Both the position numbers and the translations under genes were made by a program. 64,000 bases of DNA from Squalus acanthias. Taxonomy: Eukaryota. This document shows, piece after piece, positions 35,243 through 49,256 of the stretch. Position 1 is the stretch's first letter; every line of letters starts with the position of its first letter. The stretch lies in NCBI GenBank assembly GCA_030390025.1, contig CM059431.1, positions 127,226,001-127,290,000 on the forward strand, written 5' to 3'. Under the pieces are notes generated by a model that was not told where the DNA came from, ran no database searches, and saw nothing but the letters and a program-made list of their open reading frames with translations.

Positions 35243-37105
35243 TTTATTCATTCATGGGATGTGAGCATTGCTGGCAAGGCCAGTATTTATTGCCCATCCC
35301 TAATTGCCCTTGAGAAGGTTGTGGTGAGCTGCCTTCCTGAATTCTGCAGTCCGTGTGCTGAAGGTACTCCCACAGTGCTATTAGGGAGGGAGTTCCAGGA
35401 TTTTGACCCAGCAACGATGAAGGATCAGCGATATACATCTAAGTCAGGATGGTGTGTGACTTGGAGGGGAACTTGGAGGTGGTGGTGTTCCCATGCGCCT
35501 GCTGCCCTTGTCCTTCTAGGTGGAAGAGCTCACAGGTTTGTGAGGTGCTGTCAAAGAAGCCTTGGCAAGTTGCTGCAGTGCATCTTGTAGATGGTACACA
35601 TTGCAGCCACATTGCACTGGTGGTGGAGCGAGTGAATGCTTAAGGTGGTGGATGGGGTGCCAATCAAACTGGCTGCTTTGACTTGGATGTTGTTGAGCTT
35701 CTTGAGTGTTGTTGGAGCTGCACTCATCCAGGCAAGTGGAGAGTATTCCATCACACTCTTGAATTGTACCTTGTAGATGGTGGAAAGGCTTTTTGGATTC
35801 AGGAGGTGAGTCACCTGCCCTTGCTGCCACAGTATTTATGCGGCTGGTCCAGTTAACTTTCTGGTCAATGGTGACCACCCCCCCAGTATATTGATGGCGG
35901 GGGATCTGACAATGGTAATGCTGTTGAATGTCAAGGGGTGGTGGTTAGATTCTCTCTTGTTGGAGATAGTGATTGCCTGGCACTTGTGTGGTGCAAGGGG
36001 GAAAAATTCAGCTGGTTTGCGCCTCCCATTAGCGCCTTAAGAGGGCGCTAATGGGGCACAAAGCATCTAGCGCCCAGGCGCGGCGAAGTTTGCGCCGCTC
36101 ACAAAATTAACTAGACATTTTGCGGCGGCGCTAAACACTACCGCCACGATCTCCTGCGCCGGCAGATCGTGACATCAGTCGAGTGCGCAACGCCCCGGTA
36201 GCGCCCCGGAGCGGATATTGAGTAGCGCCCCCTGCCTTACCGCCTGCCGCTAGCAATGACAGGTTGAGGGGAGCGTTTTGCAGTCAGGAAGGGACTGGGG
36301 GATCGCTATTTAAAGGCGACCGCTTCCTGACTTTTTATGTTGGTGACATTTTTGCACCACGCATTCTGAGAGAGAGAGAGAGACTTCTGGAGAGATTCAA
36401 CGCTGTGTGAAGGAGTTTTGGGTACTGAGCAGCACTTTGCAGGTTCATTTTGATTTGCCCTTCCTTGTATCGATATAGATGAGTCTGTGGGGGCTGCACT
36501 CTGAGCTCTTTCCCTGGTTCTCTCCATTGCTCTTTCCAGCAGATTTGATGTACAGGTCTCTCCAGGCCGAGATTCAAGGCTGCAATTAGCAGGATGTGGA
36601 TGGAGAGCAAGATCAACCATCCCCTTTAAGAACTGGCCGGTGCCATTGTGTCTGTGTTCCATTGCTGACTGACATCACATGAGCTTCACCAGCGCTCTGA
36701 GGTAGCGCCTCGCTCCTCGGCCTTTGCACCTTAAGACAGTTGTGAAGCGCCTGATTTAGCACTCCAATCACCTCTAGGGGCGATAAAAGCCAAGTTTGCA
36801 GTCGGAGACGATAATTAGCGCCAGGCGCTAATCTTTGCGCCTGGCCGATAATTGCGCCCCAAATGGGGCGATACTGAATTTCTCCCCCCCAAATGTTACT
36901 TACCATTTATCAGCCCAAGCCTGGATGTTGTCCAGGTTTTGCTGCATATGGGCAGGGACTGCTTCATTTTCTGAGGAATTGCAAATGGAGCTGAACACTG
37001 TGCAATCGTCAGCAAACATCCCTACTTCTGACCTTATGATGGAGGGAAGGTCATTGACGAAATAGCTAGGCCTAGGACACTGCCCTGAGGAATTCCTGCA
37101 GCGAT
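35243..37105 (-). mobile_element. LINE-A 3' portion interrupted by a MITE
   Basis: ORF 35551-35814 (MEYSPLAWMSAAP), the same tail, and RT sequence resuming at 36893. Confidence 0.88.
35997..36889. mobile_element. Harbinger-type MITE, TSD CAA
   Basis: caa at 35994-35996 and 36890-36892. TIRs gggggaaaaattcag/ctgaatttctccccc. Confidence 0.85.
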
Positions 37106-37712
37106 GTTGATTATTGAAAAAGGCTTTTGTATAATATGTAGATATTGTGATAAAGGAGAAATTCCACTAAAGATCTTTCAAAATAGTGGAAATGGCATTG
37201 TTATATCCAGAACATGCTCTTGGTATTAAACATGGGCAAAAGGGCCACATTTAACATGCCATTTATAATTGCACTGTGATGTTCAATTAACAAACTCACC
37301 CAAATAATCATGTCTTGAACAAAGCTACTTCTAATTTAATTTATCTTCAAACCATTTCCACATAGTTGTGTTGTATTAGCTACAACAAGATCACTTTCAA
37401 ATCTGGTCTATTAGATTTGTCACCTATCAATCAAGCTAATAGGCAGCTTGCTGTTTTGAGTGTGGTAAGTCCGGTGAGGCAGCCACAGAGCAACGGGCCT
37501 GTGGCAACAGGCTAAAGGGGCGAACTGGCTCGATTGGGAGAGGCGATGGGCTACAGAAGCATTTTTGAAGGGACAGTAGATTACCAACAAGGGGCAGGGA
37601 AAGCAATGAAGCTAAAATAATATTCCAAATAAATTGATTTTTATTCTTGCCTGACTTGCTTCCAGCAATCCCTTTAAGTGATGTTTTTTCTGGCTGTTTC
37701 CTGCTCTGTGTA

Positions 37713-37987
37713 GAGAGCAGATTTACCCCTGGGTAGACGCTGTGCTAGAGTCTACCAAAATGGTTTTCGGGTCCTCACGACATCATAGGATCTCAATTTC
37801 CATAGCTTAATGAGGCTCTTGCTTCTCCCGGCAGGAGTGTTGGCTGCCTAAATCAACGTCCACTCGAAAATCACAGCAGCTGGACTTCGGGCAGTAAGTT
37901 AGCAGTACGTAACTTTTTGCAATTTTAGTCTCACTGATGACCAGTTCACACTGGAAACCGGCTGGTAGAGAGGCCAAAATCGGGGCC
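37713..37987. mobile_element. Probable degraded Harbinger-type MITE
   Basis: Right terminus ccaaaatcggggcc and a GC-richer body. Left end approximate. Confidence 0.4.
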
Positions 37988-39731
37988 ATACAGACTTACA
38001 TCCTCTCCCCCCTCAAGCTCCCTGCTAACATCCTCCGTTTTCATGCTTCATTCTTCAGGTGACATTGTGGAAACCACAATTACTGCTCCACACTCGAGTA
38101 TGTCAACTTATAGATGCCCTCTTGACATCAGCAAGTGCCGCTATTTCAGGTTGAGTTTAAAAGCTTATAAATATTCCCTTAATGTTTTATTCAAGCAATA
38201 CATTATATGCAGACTGGAGAAAGAGGTCAGACTGAAAAATGGAAGCTGTAAGCAAAGGTTGAGCTGCTGAATGTTGTCTGAATGTAAAGTTGTTTCAACC
38301 ATAATAAATCTAGGAGCTATTCCTTTATCATTTAATTTATTAAAAACCCTAACCTTAACAATAGTATAAACATAAGAACAACAAAATAGGCAGTGCACTT
38401 TGGTAGAGGCGAGGGGAGATGAAGGATAAGAAAGAGTCAGTTCTACCATTTTTTATTTCTAAGACTGTATCTCCTTGCTATTTATGCTCAGGCTTTACGG
38501 TAAGTGCATGAGTCAAATTCTATTTTTAATAAATGGAACGTTTGGAATTTTACTCCTGTGGCCGAGATTGCATCTTGTGATTCTGTCAATTTTCCATAGA
38601 ATCTTCAAAGCAGTGGCTTTGCTCATGGTACATGGAGGAAGAACACTCCCAAACAGTTTCAGTTATTACAGACTAAAGGTTATTGTTGCCAACATCACTA
38701 GGAGAAAGTTTAATATGTTCATATGATGTTCATTTTTCCTCTATCATAGCAGAGGCATGAATTCATTTAAAACAAATGGGTTGCTGTCTGCCTTAGAATA
38801 GCGGACAAAGGAACATCATATAAGCATAGGAAGCATTTGTTTGCTAATATCACCAACAAAAATTTCTAGAAATAGATAAGCCCCAGGCTTCCATAATACA
38901 CAGAACTGTATCTCATGACAAGTTAAAATCATTTCCTAAACTGACCATCTGATCAAGATACACTAAAAGACAGTTGGTACATAGCACTTTTCTGCTTGCC
39001 AGAATATTCCCCCATAATTCATTGTGTCTCCACATTGGCTTGGTCTTTTCTCCACTTTCTTTTTCCTCCAAAGATGCAGAAGTAACTTTTTAAACATACA
39101 GTACTGAGAATTTGCACCATCAAGTGGTGGGAGTGCAAATTACATTTCATACTTAAACACTTTAGAATATGGCTCGATAATATCCTTATCCTAATGTACA
39201 CTATCTTCAAGAAACAAAGTGGAAGAATATAAAACACAGGGGTATTTCTCAGACTTGGAACTGATGGTAAAGTACTTCATATGGGTAAAATTCCAGGAAT
39301 TCTCTACTCTCCTCTACAATGTAGAAGCAATAGATGAGAAGAAGAATACGAGGGAAAGAAAGAGTGTGGAAATTTGGAGAAAGTGCTTGAGAAATTATTT
39401 AGAGGAAGACCAATTCTCGCTTGAATAATTTATAATTAAAACTGCTATTTTTTTTTTAAAGTGTGCAAAACATGGTCTCCAACCACCAGAACGATTTGCT
39501 TGCGATTATAACTATCTGCTCATGTGGAGGTATCGTCGATACTGACTAGTTTGGCTAAATGGCCTGTTTTTGTGTTATTTCTGTATATTTCTATGTATAA
39601 TAACAGCTGCTAATTTGCTTCAAGCTCCTAACTTATTGGAAATCTAGACTGCTGGGCATGACACCTCAATACATTGTTGAATATTTTCTCACTATCACCC
39701 TGCTGCCTATTTTAATCAATGCAGAATCTGT

Positions 39732-40363
39732 AGCCCTGATATTAAACCTGCCCGCCCAGCCTGAACGGTGTGGGCGGGGAATGTTAAAATGGCGGCTGGG
39801 TGGTACCACTGCATGCCCGCTCCCCGCGATTTTAACTCCTGGGTTTTCAGGAGTGTGGAGGCTGCCCGCCGCATATTACAATGCCAGGATCCAATGATAT
39901 AATTCGGACCCCTGTAATTTTAACATGGAAAAGTGCGAATTGCAAACCGTCTGAGCTGCCAGCAGTTATTGGCTAGAAGAGGCCCAGGTAAATATAAAAA
40001 AAATTAATTTTTGACAGGTTCCTTGTGACCCAGGAGGAGTAGTGCTCTTCCTGGCACAACAAGGAAACTTTGGGCCTCCTCTGCTCCGGGCTTAACCCTC
40101 ATTCTCATCCGGCCCCAATTGACCCGAGCCCCATCTTTTGCATGGCTTTCATTGCCGGGGATACCCAGCGGCTTCCGGTTCTGTCCCAATACTGGATCCC
40201 ACCTGCCATCATTGACATCATTCCCGCTGGCTTCGGGTGGGAGACGGTTTAACACTATTTTTATGAGGCCCGGGAGTTAAAATGTCCCGAGCCTCACGTT
40301 GAACTCTCTCTAGGGGTTTCCTGCTCACCCACTTTGAACGCACCCAGAATTAAAATCAGGGCT
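39732..40363. mobile_element. Harbinger-type MITE
   Basis: TIRs agccctgatattaa / ttaaaatcagggct (13 of 14 match). Confidence 0.75.
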
Positions 40364-40639
40364 TTCAGTCAGTGAGTGACACAAAGGGGTCGATTTTATT
40401 CCACCTCGCATGGGGGGTAACATGATGGTAAGGGCAGTTAAAATGGATCAATTCAATTAACTGCTCATTTTATTTAGGTGGTTGCGGGACCTGCTAGAAG
40501 TAGGTGAGTGCCTCATGAACACATGCAAATCGGGGTCCTATAATGTAATTAGGACCCTGATGTGATTTTAGCTGACAGAAGCCCAAAAAAGCATTGAGTA
40601 AAACCTTCAGGCACTGACTAACTGGAAGCACCATTTATA

Positions 40640-41095
40640 ATACGGATGGGGGATCTTAGCTGCAATGACAGGTTGGAGAAGCTGGATTTGTTTTCATTTT
40701 CGAAAAGGAGGTTGAGGGGTGATTTGATAGAGGTGTACAAGATTATGCCGGGTTTGGATAGGCTAGACGGGGAAAGGCTGTTCCTACTAGTTGATGGTAC
40801 AAGGACTAGGGGACACAGATTTAAGGTTTTGGGCAAGAGATACAGGGGGGATGTGAGAAAAAAGCTTTTTTATGCAGCGAGAGGTGAGGACTTGGAACTC
40901 GCTACCGACAGAAGTGATGGAAGTGGAGACACTCAATGTTTTCAAGGGGAGACTGGATAGGCACTTGAGGGAAATAAACTTGCAGGACTATGGGGCTAGA
41001 GCGGGGGAATGGGACTGACTGGATTGCTCTACAGAGAGCCGGCATGGACTCGATGGGCCAAATGGCCTCCTTTTGTTATGACTCTATGACTCTAT
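40640..41095 (+). mobile_element. CR1 3' end
   Basis: ORF 40646-40960 (RRLRGDLIEVYKI) and an (atgactct)n tail. Confidence 0.88.
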
Positions 41096-41203
41096 AAAAG
41101 TACTCAGCTGCAGGCATTCAGATAATAGGGATCTGCGTGCTATTCTGCTTTGAGGGTTTCCAATAGATTTTTGAAATTGAAGAACATTTGTTTTAGTCGT
41201 TTT

Positions 41204-41942
41204 GGCCTGGAGTTTCCGCCAGGTTGCGCTGTTTTTTTCAGTGCAATTTGCCCAAAATCACCCAAACCAGCGCAAAAGATCAAGGAATTTCAAGTGCAAA
41301 TTACGTCCAGCGCAAATCGAGTTTCCGCGATTTTTTGCGTTAGTTTAAAAAACATTGCGCTAGAAGCTGGTCCCGCCCACAAAACTGGCCACGCCCCCAG
41401 ATTGAATTAATTGCCATGGCGAGATTCCACTAATTATTCCCATTTGAGGGTCCTTCAAGGAGGTTTTTAAAATTAAGCTGGATCTTTTGGGCTCAAGGAC
41501 ACTACTAGGCACATTTTAAAACTTTTGAATATAATTGACTACTGTACACCAATGAAACTAGTAAATGGTTCTGTATAGTTTTATAAAGTCATTTTCAGTT
41601 ATTTAAAATGGGGTACTTACAGGTGGTGGACTAGACACTCTGAATAAAAATACTTATTTTTTTGTGATAATCCCATCTTTAGCTGTATTAATAAAACTGC
41701 ACCAGGTTACCACTCTTAAAGATATCAAGGAATAATTTTTAAAGCAAAAATGTTTTTTTTTAAATTATGTTCTAAAACACTGCCCAATTGTGCTGATTCA
41801 TGGCAGAGATGACATTCCCTGATATGCAAATGAGTTTGCACGGAAACTTGAGGAAATAAAAGCACTTCTCAAAACTAGCTCAATTTCGAGGGGCAATTTG
41901 CGCCCAGATCACCAATTACACCAAAAGCAGAAACTCTATCCC
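41204..41942. mobile_element. Harbinger-type MITE
   Basis: TIRs ggcctggagtttccgc / gcagaaactctatccc, with flanks ttt/ttc. Confidence 0.7.
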
Positions 41943-42594
41943 TTCTGTCTTACTTACCCTCATTAAGCACTCAGTCCCATTTTTGCTCCTGTTGCTTTGA
42001 AATGTGGAACTGTTAGAGGAGAAGCTATAGGCTCAACATCCAGGCTGAGCAGCAGGTGAGCCCATTAGAAGGCAGCAGTTGATCGAGCTGCTTGTAGAAG
42101 GCCTTACCAAGCCCATCGGTCCTATAGGCCAAGAGTCATCTTCCTGGATGTGACTGAAGGAGCAGTGCATCTGGAGGCTGCACTTCACCCAACATGCTGC
42201 TGCTGCTTCATGACCTGTTGCCAGCTGGCCAGAGGAGCCATGCTTTGCCAGTGGCAGTAAAAGTCACCACCACCCTTAGGATTTTTGCCTTAGGCTCCTT
42301 CCAGGCTGTTACAGGAGACATCACCTGCATCTCCCAGTCTGCAGTGCACAGCTACATCAAGCAGGTCACCAACTCACTATTAACCAGGGCAAACCAGTTC
42401 ATTATCACAATGGACGTCAACAGTCAAAATGAGAGAGCTCTGGAATTTGCAGCAGTGACTGGCTTCCCTCGTGTACAGGGTATAATAGACTGCACTCATG
42501 TAGTTCTCAGGGAACAAGAAGATGAGCCAAAATAAAAACAGAAAATGCTGGAAATACTCAGCAGGTCGGGCAGCATCTGTGGAGAGAGAAACAG

Positions 42595-42631
42595 AGTTAA
42601 CGTTTCAGGTCAATGACCCTTCGTCAGAACT
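42595..42631 (-). ncRNA. Minimal hammerhead ribozyme
   Basis: Reverse complement reads agtt-CTGACGA-agggtc(att)gacct-GAAA-cg-TT-aact. The plus-strand partner at 43865-43901 has a core mutation (CTGACAA). Confidence 0.8.
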
Positions 42632-43255
42632 GGAAAAAGCTGGAGATGTAGCAGATTTTAAGCAAGTGTTGGGGCAGGGAAAGGTGGGAGGGGAGGAAAG
42701 AACAAAAGGGAAGGTCTGTGATAGGATGGAAGGCAGGAGAGATTAAGAGACATTAAGAGAGATTAAGAGATGGTGCGAGGCAAAAGGAGATGGTAATGGA
42801 CTGGCAGAATTAAAGACAGCTGCCATGTGGGAGAGAGAAAAAAAAATAAAAATAAAACAAAACACTGTCAAGGGCCGTGTCAACCACAGTAGAGGGGACA
42901 TGACCGTGTCTGTTCTATTTCCCGCACTTCTGCTCTCACCCCTTCCCCTCCCTCCCGGAACCACGATAGGGTTCCCCTTGTCGTCACCTTTCACCCCACC
43001 AGCCTTCACATTCAACTGATCATCCTTAGCCATTTCTGCCAACTCCAGTGTGATCCCACCACCAAACACATCTTCCCCTCACCTCCCTTTTTAGCATTCC
43101 GAAGGGACCGCTCCCTCTGCGACACCCTCGTCCACTCCTCTATCACCCCCAACACCCCTTCCCCTGGCACCTTCCCATGCAAGGGCAGGAAATGCAACAC
43201 ATGCCCTTTTACCTCTACCCTTCCCACTGTCCAGGGCCCCAAACACTCCTTCCAG

Positions 43256-43585
43256 GTGAAACAGCGATATACTTGTACTTCTTGCAATTTAGTATACTGT
43301 ATTCGCTGCTCACGATGCAGTCTCCTCTACATTGGGGAGACCAAATGCAGATTGGGTGACGGCTTTGCAGAACACCTCCGTTCAGTCCGTAAGGGTGACC
43401 CTGAGCTTCCGGTCGCCTGTCACTTTAATTCTCCACTCCACTCTCACTCAGACCTCACTGTCCTCGGCCTCTTACACTGTTCAAATGAAGCTCAACGTAA
43501 GCTCGAGGAACAGCACCTCATCTTTCGATTAGGCACTTTACAGCCTTCTGGACTCAACATAGAGTTCAACAATTTCAGACCATAA
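43256..43585 (+). pseudogene. GIY-YIG endonuclease domain of the Penelope-like element
   Basis: NLVYCIRCSRCSLLYIGETKCRL...EH...HFN...H: GIY-YIG with the CCHH pattern typical of Penelope elements. The upstream part is frameshifted and truncated. Confidence 0.9.
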
Positions 43586-46344
43586 CCTCTGCCCCTATCA
43601 TTTTTTTTCCATTTTTTTTTTCTCTCTCCCACATGGCAGCTGTCTTTCATTCTGCCAGTGCCATTTACACTTCATCTAGAGCCATCTTTTGTTTCTTAAC
43701 TTGTCCCATTACCATCTCCTTTTGCCTTGCACCATCTCTTAATGTCTCTTAATCTCTTCTGCCTTCCATCCTATCACAGACCTTCCCTTTTATTCTTTCC
43801 TCCCCTCCCACCTGTCCCTGCCCCTGCACTTGCTTAAAAACCTGTTACATCTCCAGCTTTTTCCAGTTCTGACAAAGGGTCATCGACCTGAAACGTTAAC
43901 TCTGTTTCTCTCTCCACAGATGCTGCCTGACCTGCTGAGTATTTCCAGCATTTTCTGTTTTTATTTCAGAATTCCAGCATCCGCAGTATTTTGCTTTTGT
44001 ATTAGAAGATGAGCCATCAGGTTTCATCAAGAGGAAGGGATATCGTTCAATTAATGTTCAGCTCGTGTGTGATTACTACGGAAGGATCATGCAAGTCTGT
44101 GCCAATTTTGCAGCAGCTGCCACAATGCCTTCATCCTGCGACACTCATCCATCACCTCACTATTCCACCCTTCCAGGAATGTCAGAGGATGGCTGCTAGG
44201 GGACAAGGACTACCCCCTGCACACATGGCTGATGACACCGCTCAGTGACTCCACCATACCTGGACAGCTCAAGTACAATCACAGCCATGGAACCACCAGA
44301 ACGTCATTGAGCACACTATTGGCCTATTGAAGCAAAGTTTCCTGGATAATTCTGGGGCCTCCCTACAATATGCACCACACAAAGTCTGTCACTTCATTGT
44401 AGTGTGCTGCATGTAGCACAATGTGGCAATGCAGAGAGGATTGCAGTAGGAGGAGGCAGAGCAACAGAAGCATCAGGTCATCACCTGATTGGATGAAGGC
44501 GAGGGAGAACCATAGAAGAAGGGTGATCACAATGCATTGCAGCTAGAGAAGCCAGGGATCAGTTGATAGACCCTCTGCTAAAAAGTTATACAAAGCTCAT
44601 CTGCATTATTAGTCCTTGTTATTGCTTTCACCACTCCCTTAATCCTGCAATAAAGACGTTGAAACCATTCAGCCAACTTTTATATCAATGACACACTAAC
44701 AATGCAGACTCAGAAGCTACTATGGGAAGACACTGCAGACCAAAGCAGCAACTATGACAAAGGTGATTAATAATTACCTTGAATTCATCTCTCAGCCAAT
44801 TGTCAACCCATAGAGCCTCTCTCAAAAGAATGTTTACTAACTCGACTACTCCCCCAGTGAAGCTGGTCAAAGGCTGCTGTTGCTCATGCTAGGACCCTTG
44901 AGATGCTCATGGCCAGGGACTTCTAGGAGCTCGTAGCTGTGAGGGCCAGGCTTCAGACTGCAGAACTTCTGCTGCTGGGGCAGTTGGCCCAGCTGGCTTT
45001 CTGGCACCGTGGTGGATATTGGCTGAGGGGGTGGCGAAGGGGCAGACATGCAGGCATCCTGAAAGAGGACCCAAGTACCGCTCTCATTACGCCACTACTA
45101 CTCCCATGGGGCTGCTTCTCATCAGTCCCACTGATCGGTGGGAGAGCATGTTACAGGAGTTGATTGAAGCCCTGAAAGCCTCTAACTATTTGGTCGAGCC
45201 CAGAGTCTGGATTGCAGCCATTTCAGCGTCCACCTGAGGACCTGGCTGTAGCATCCCTGGAGTTCGCCACACGGTCTAAGGCAGAGAGCAGAGTAGTGAT
45301 GCTGTGCGAGATGATAACATACAAGCTGGACATGGGCTCCTTCATACATTCAGCCATGGTACTGAAACTCTTTTCAGGCCTTCTAATGTCACTTACAACT
45401 GTTTGTGTGAGGTAAGCAATTTTCTTTTCATAGCTGGGCCCCTGAAGTCCACGTTACTATTTTCCTCAGCAGAACAGATTTTCACCATATTTATTAATGA
45501 TTTAGATGAAGGAATAGAGGGTTGTATATCCAAGTTTGCTGATGACACTAAGTTAGGAGGGACAGTAAGTAGTGCAGATGAGAGCAGGAAGTTGCAAAGG
45601 GACATAGACAGATTAAGTGAATGGCAAAACTATTGTCGTCAAGCTGGCTGAATGTGCATTTTTTGAGGTTCATAAATGGGTACAAGTAACAGTTAGAGAC
45701 CCTGTTCAGCGAAGCTACCAGCTCCAAAATTTCCAATTCGAAAAGCTCTCAAGGGCGACTGATCTTTAGAGCTTGCTGCTCCGACTTGGAGAAGACCATA
45801 ATGCTGGTTGTTCCTTCTGGGGTCTTACTTCTCTCCCTTGTGTTCTGTGCTGTTTTGCCCTGCAGATTGAGAGGGTGATAGTTAGTGAGTGTTACCTGAA
45901 TAAGAAAGTGCACATGTGTGAACCCTCTGTGTGCAGTGCATATGCTGAGAGGGAGAAGAAGCAAGATGCAACCAGGAAGGGGTGCTGTTGAAGGAAAACA
46001 ATTGCTGGAGTGTGAAGTGAGGAAGAAGTTATGAGAGGAGTTCCTTGTTCTGTAATTGCTACCATGTGAGAAAAGAATGCTGCTAATGGCAGCTATGAAG
46101 GCAACAAGCAAGAAGTGTCCCCCCCACCTTTTTTTTCCTCCTAGAAGCTGGCAGCTGTCCTTCATTCTGCCAGTAGATTTCACACTTCATTCAGCCTTAA
46201 TCTGTCACATTAACACCACCTCTAGCCTTGCATATCTCTTAATGTCTCTTAATGTCTCTTCATCTCCTCCTTTGTTCCTTTATCCCCTCCCCCTTTTCCC
46301 AGCTTTACCCTGGCCTTAAATCTATTTGATTTCCAGCTCTTCCC

Positions 46345-46381
46345 AGTTCTGATGAAAGGTCATCGACCTGAAACGTCAACT
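46345..46381 (+). ncRNA. Minimal hammerhead ribozyme in a solo Penelope pLTR (~46120-46445)
   Basis: agtt-CTGATGA-aaggtc(atc)gacct-GAAA-cGTC-aact: intact core with a canonical GUC triplet. Confidence 0.82.
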
Positions 46382-48039
46382 CTCTTTCTCTCTCCACGGA
46401 TGCTGCCTGGCCTGCTGAGTTTTTCCAGCGTTTTCTGTTGTTATTAAGAAGTAAGTGGGTGTTTGGTGTGCAAATGAGAGGTTGTATAGTGTACCCATGT
46501 GATGGGTGGTGAAGGACATGATGCATGGGAAAGAATTGTTCTGGGGTAAGGGGCGAAGGATTGCTGCCAGTTGTTATTGAGAGAGACAGAGAAATGAAGA
46601 GCTGTACTCACCCTTGCTGCTTTTATCAGATGTTTGAAACAGTCCTTGCACTGAACTCAGGTTCTGCAGATAATGTTCCTGAGCTGATGATCTAAGTTAC
46701 CTCGCCTCAGGCCAGGTATAGCTCCATATTTAGAATCTTCCTCCCATTGATGGGAAAGAGAACTTCCCTCCTCACCCTCACCTATTCGACATGGACCTCC
46801 GGAGGCTTCAGAAAGCCTGAGGGCTTGGTTCTGCCTCATTACCATAGAAAATCTTCTTGCAACAATCTCGTTTACAATCTGCCAGAAGGGAATTCAACCT
46901 CCCTTGAAATTACGCACTGAAAATAGGCGGGCTTACCGTTCCCAACCCGATTGGGTGGGAAAGATGACAGTCAAATTTAAATGAGGCGCTGGAGTTAAAA
47001 TTTAGGCTAGCAAGTGTCCAACCAAAACCCGCTCCAGGTTAAAATCAACCACAGTTTTTAATTCTTTGAATTATAAGTAATTCCCTTGTTATTCATGGAA
47101 CATAATCTTATTCCAACCTAGAGCATCAAATATTACTTAGCTCGACTGGCCTGTGCTCTGTTATTGGGTTGAGCCATTTTTCAGGCATCCATAGTAGCCA
47201 GCTAAAACAAGCATTAGGTAACTTACATATGTAAATGAGGGGCCTAACATCTGTTTCTGGGTGTTCGCACTTGATTTGCATCCATGGCGGGGGGCGGGGA
47301 GGGGGGAGAAATTGACCCTTAAAAGTTGTATTACATTTCACTTTAGCTGCTTAGTTCTTCTTTGGGACAAACACTAAATAGACACACCTGTAACTGTGAG
47401 TCATAGAACTTTTGTCTTAAAATATTTCTGTCTTAAATTATTATGTGACCAGACATAGCAGAAGCGACATTTGATTGATTGGTCCTGACAGTCTCCAGCC
47501 CTTCCTTGCAATCGATCTGATTGGTTGAAACTCCATTTTCAGTCTGTAAAAAAATATATATTTTTTTTGTTGAACACTAACAAGCTGATACAGGTTGAAA
47601 TGCTGACTGTCAGTTTGATCTATTGATGGTTGGCATGTATGGGACTAGTTCGGCCAGTTTACCTGCTCTTCTCCTGGATTCAGTGGGGGAGAAACCGGAC
47701 CCTGCTCTGTACCAATTTCTGGGTTCTGCCTTCCGCACCTGAAGGGCACCTAAAATATGTCCAACGCCATATTAGGTTGGGCAATATTCAGGCATCTCTG
47801 GTGGCTGCCTAAAGCAGGCTTCAGGCCCCTTGCCTCTCTTAACATGCTCAGTTATTATTTTCTTGTCCAAACATTAATGTTAAGTAGTGGATGTACTGAG
47901 ATCTATCTGAACATGTTTTTAATCCAGCCACGCTATTGTGGGAATGCTCAGACACATTTCACTTGCAACAGAAGCTGTTTTTAAGAACCAACAGTTGGAA
48001 GGACATTGGATTCAAAAATATGAAAGAGAGAAATGCAAA

Positions 48040-48800
48040 TCATGGAATCATAGAATGATACAGCACAGGAGGAGGCCATTCAGCCCATCATGCCTGTGCC
48101 GGCTCTTTGGAAGAGCAATCCAGTTAGTCCCACTCCCCCGCTCTTTCTTCATAGCCCTGCAAGGCATTTCCCTTCAAGTATTTATCCAATTCCCAGCACT
48201 AAAGACATTTTCTAATGGAAGACGGGAAGGACTTTTAGTCAACACAAACAACTCTGCTAAGGAAACCTGAAGTCCGGCGATAATTATTTTCATTAGCTTC
48301 AACTGACGAGAACTCCAAGCAGCAGTTGATTGTAACACTGCTGTAAAAGAAATATTCCGATTATGATATTTTAATACTAATGCAGGAGTTACATGACATT
48401 TAGAAATCCTACATAACATATTGAAGCACTGTAAGAGTTAACTAAGCACCTTTTCACGAAGGCAAATGTTCTTTGATTCATTCAAGCAGGTATCAGGAAG
48501 TCCTTATCTGTGTAAAGTGTAGATAGAAACAGACTGTTGCCAGTGATTGAGTGGTCTAGAATAAGTGGACATAGATAGAAGATGAAATGTAAAATATTAA
48601 GACAGAGCAGGATGGACTTTTTTTTTTAAAAAGAGTTAGTTATTGAGTCAGACACCATGTCAATATGTAAGAAGAGGTTAGATAGGTGGTTGAAGGAATG
48701 GGGAGTAAAGAGATATGGGAGCAGAGCAAGAATTTGGGGTTAGGACTGCTGTTCATGTGGAGGATAACCAGCAACACGTGTTGTAATTTCCATGTAATTC
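48040..48800. mobile_element. Two degraded CR1 3' fragments (minus ~48040-48195, plus ~48480-48800)
   Basis: Similar to the CR1 tails at 3034-3200 and 59105-59305. Confidence 0.6.
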
Positions 48801-49256
48801 TATGTAAAGTGGGCTTATTAGGCGTTGCAGAGATAAGTGGACACATATGAGATTTTTTTATGCACATATTTAAATTGGCAATTAAGAATAATACAATTAA
48901 TAATCAGAATAGTAAAATAAAAGTGTAAAGCAACAGTAAAGATAAGGTGGAACTTTTCCTTTAATTATCAAACAACAATTTAAGAAAGGATCTTATTAGC
49001 TGGGACAAGCAAACCTGTTAAAATTTTGAAAAGCTCAAGAAGTGAGAAGATTTGAATTACTTTCGAAGGCAAGTAATTGGGTTTATGACAGATGTTCATT
49101 ATAAGTGTCCAGATGGCCTAGTTTCTGATTTTGATGGATATAAAAATGGAACCAAAATGAAAACTAAGGTTAGATTTTAGATTCCAGATTCTCTACTGTA
49201 TTTTCCACTCTTCACTTTGTCCAAGTTGAAAATGTTTTGACGTGAATGAAGAGATA

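Larger units (their letters stand above)
42530..44003 (+). mobile_element. Penelope-like element, 5'-truncated, with inverted pseudo-LTR and 13-bp TSD
   Basis: TSD agaagatgagcca at 42517-42529 and 44004-44016. Segment ~42530-42850 is an inverted copy of ~43610-43967. Contains a GIY-YIG ORF. Confidence 0.92.
40386..47052 (+). mobile_element. Old Harbinger transposon with five nested insertions
   Basis: TIRs ggggtcgatttt/aaaatcaaccac. Transposase relic at ~42050-44560 (LPVAVKVTTTL...GFPRVQGIIDCTHV). Myb-like relic on the minus strand at ~44850-46860. Confidence 0.75.
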
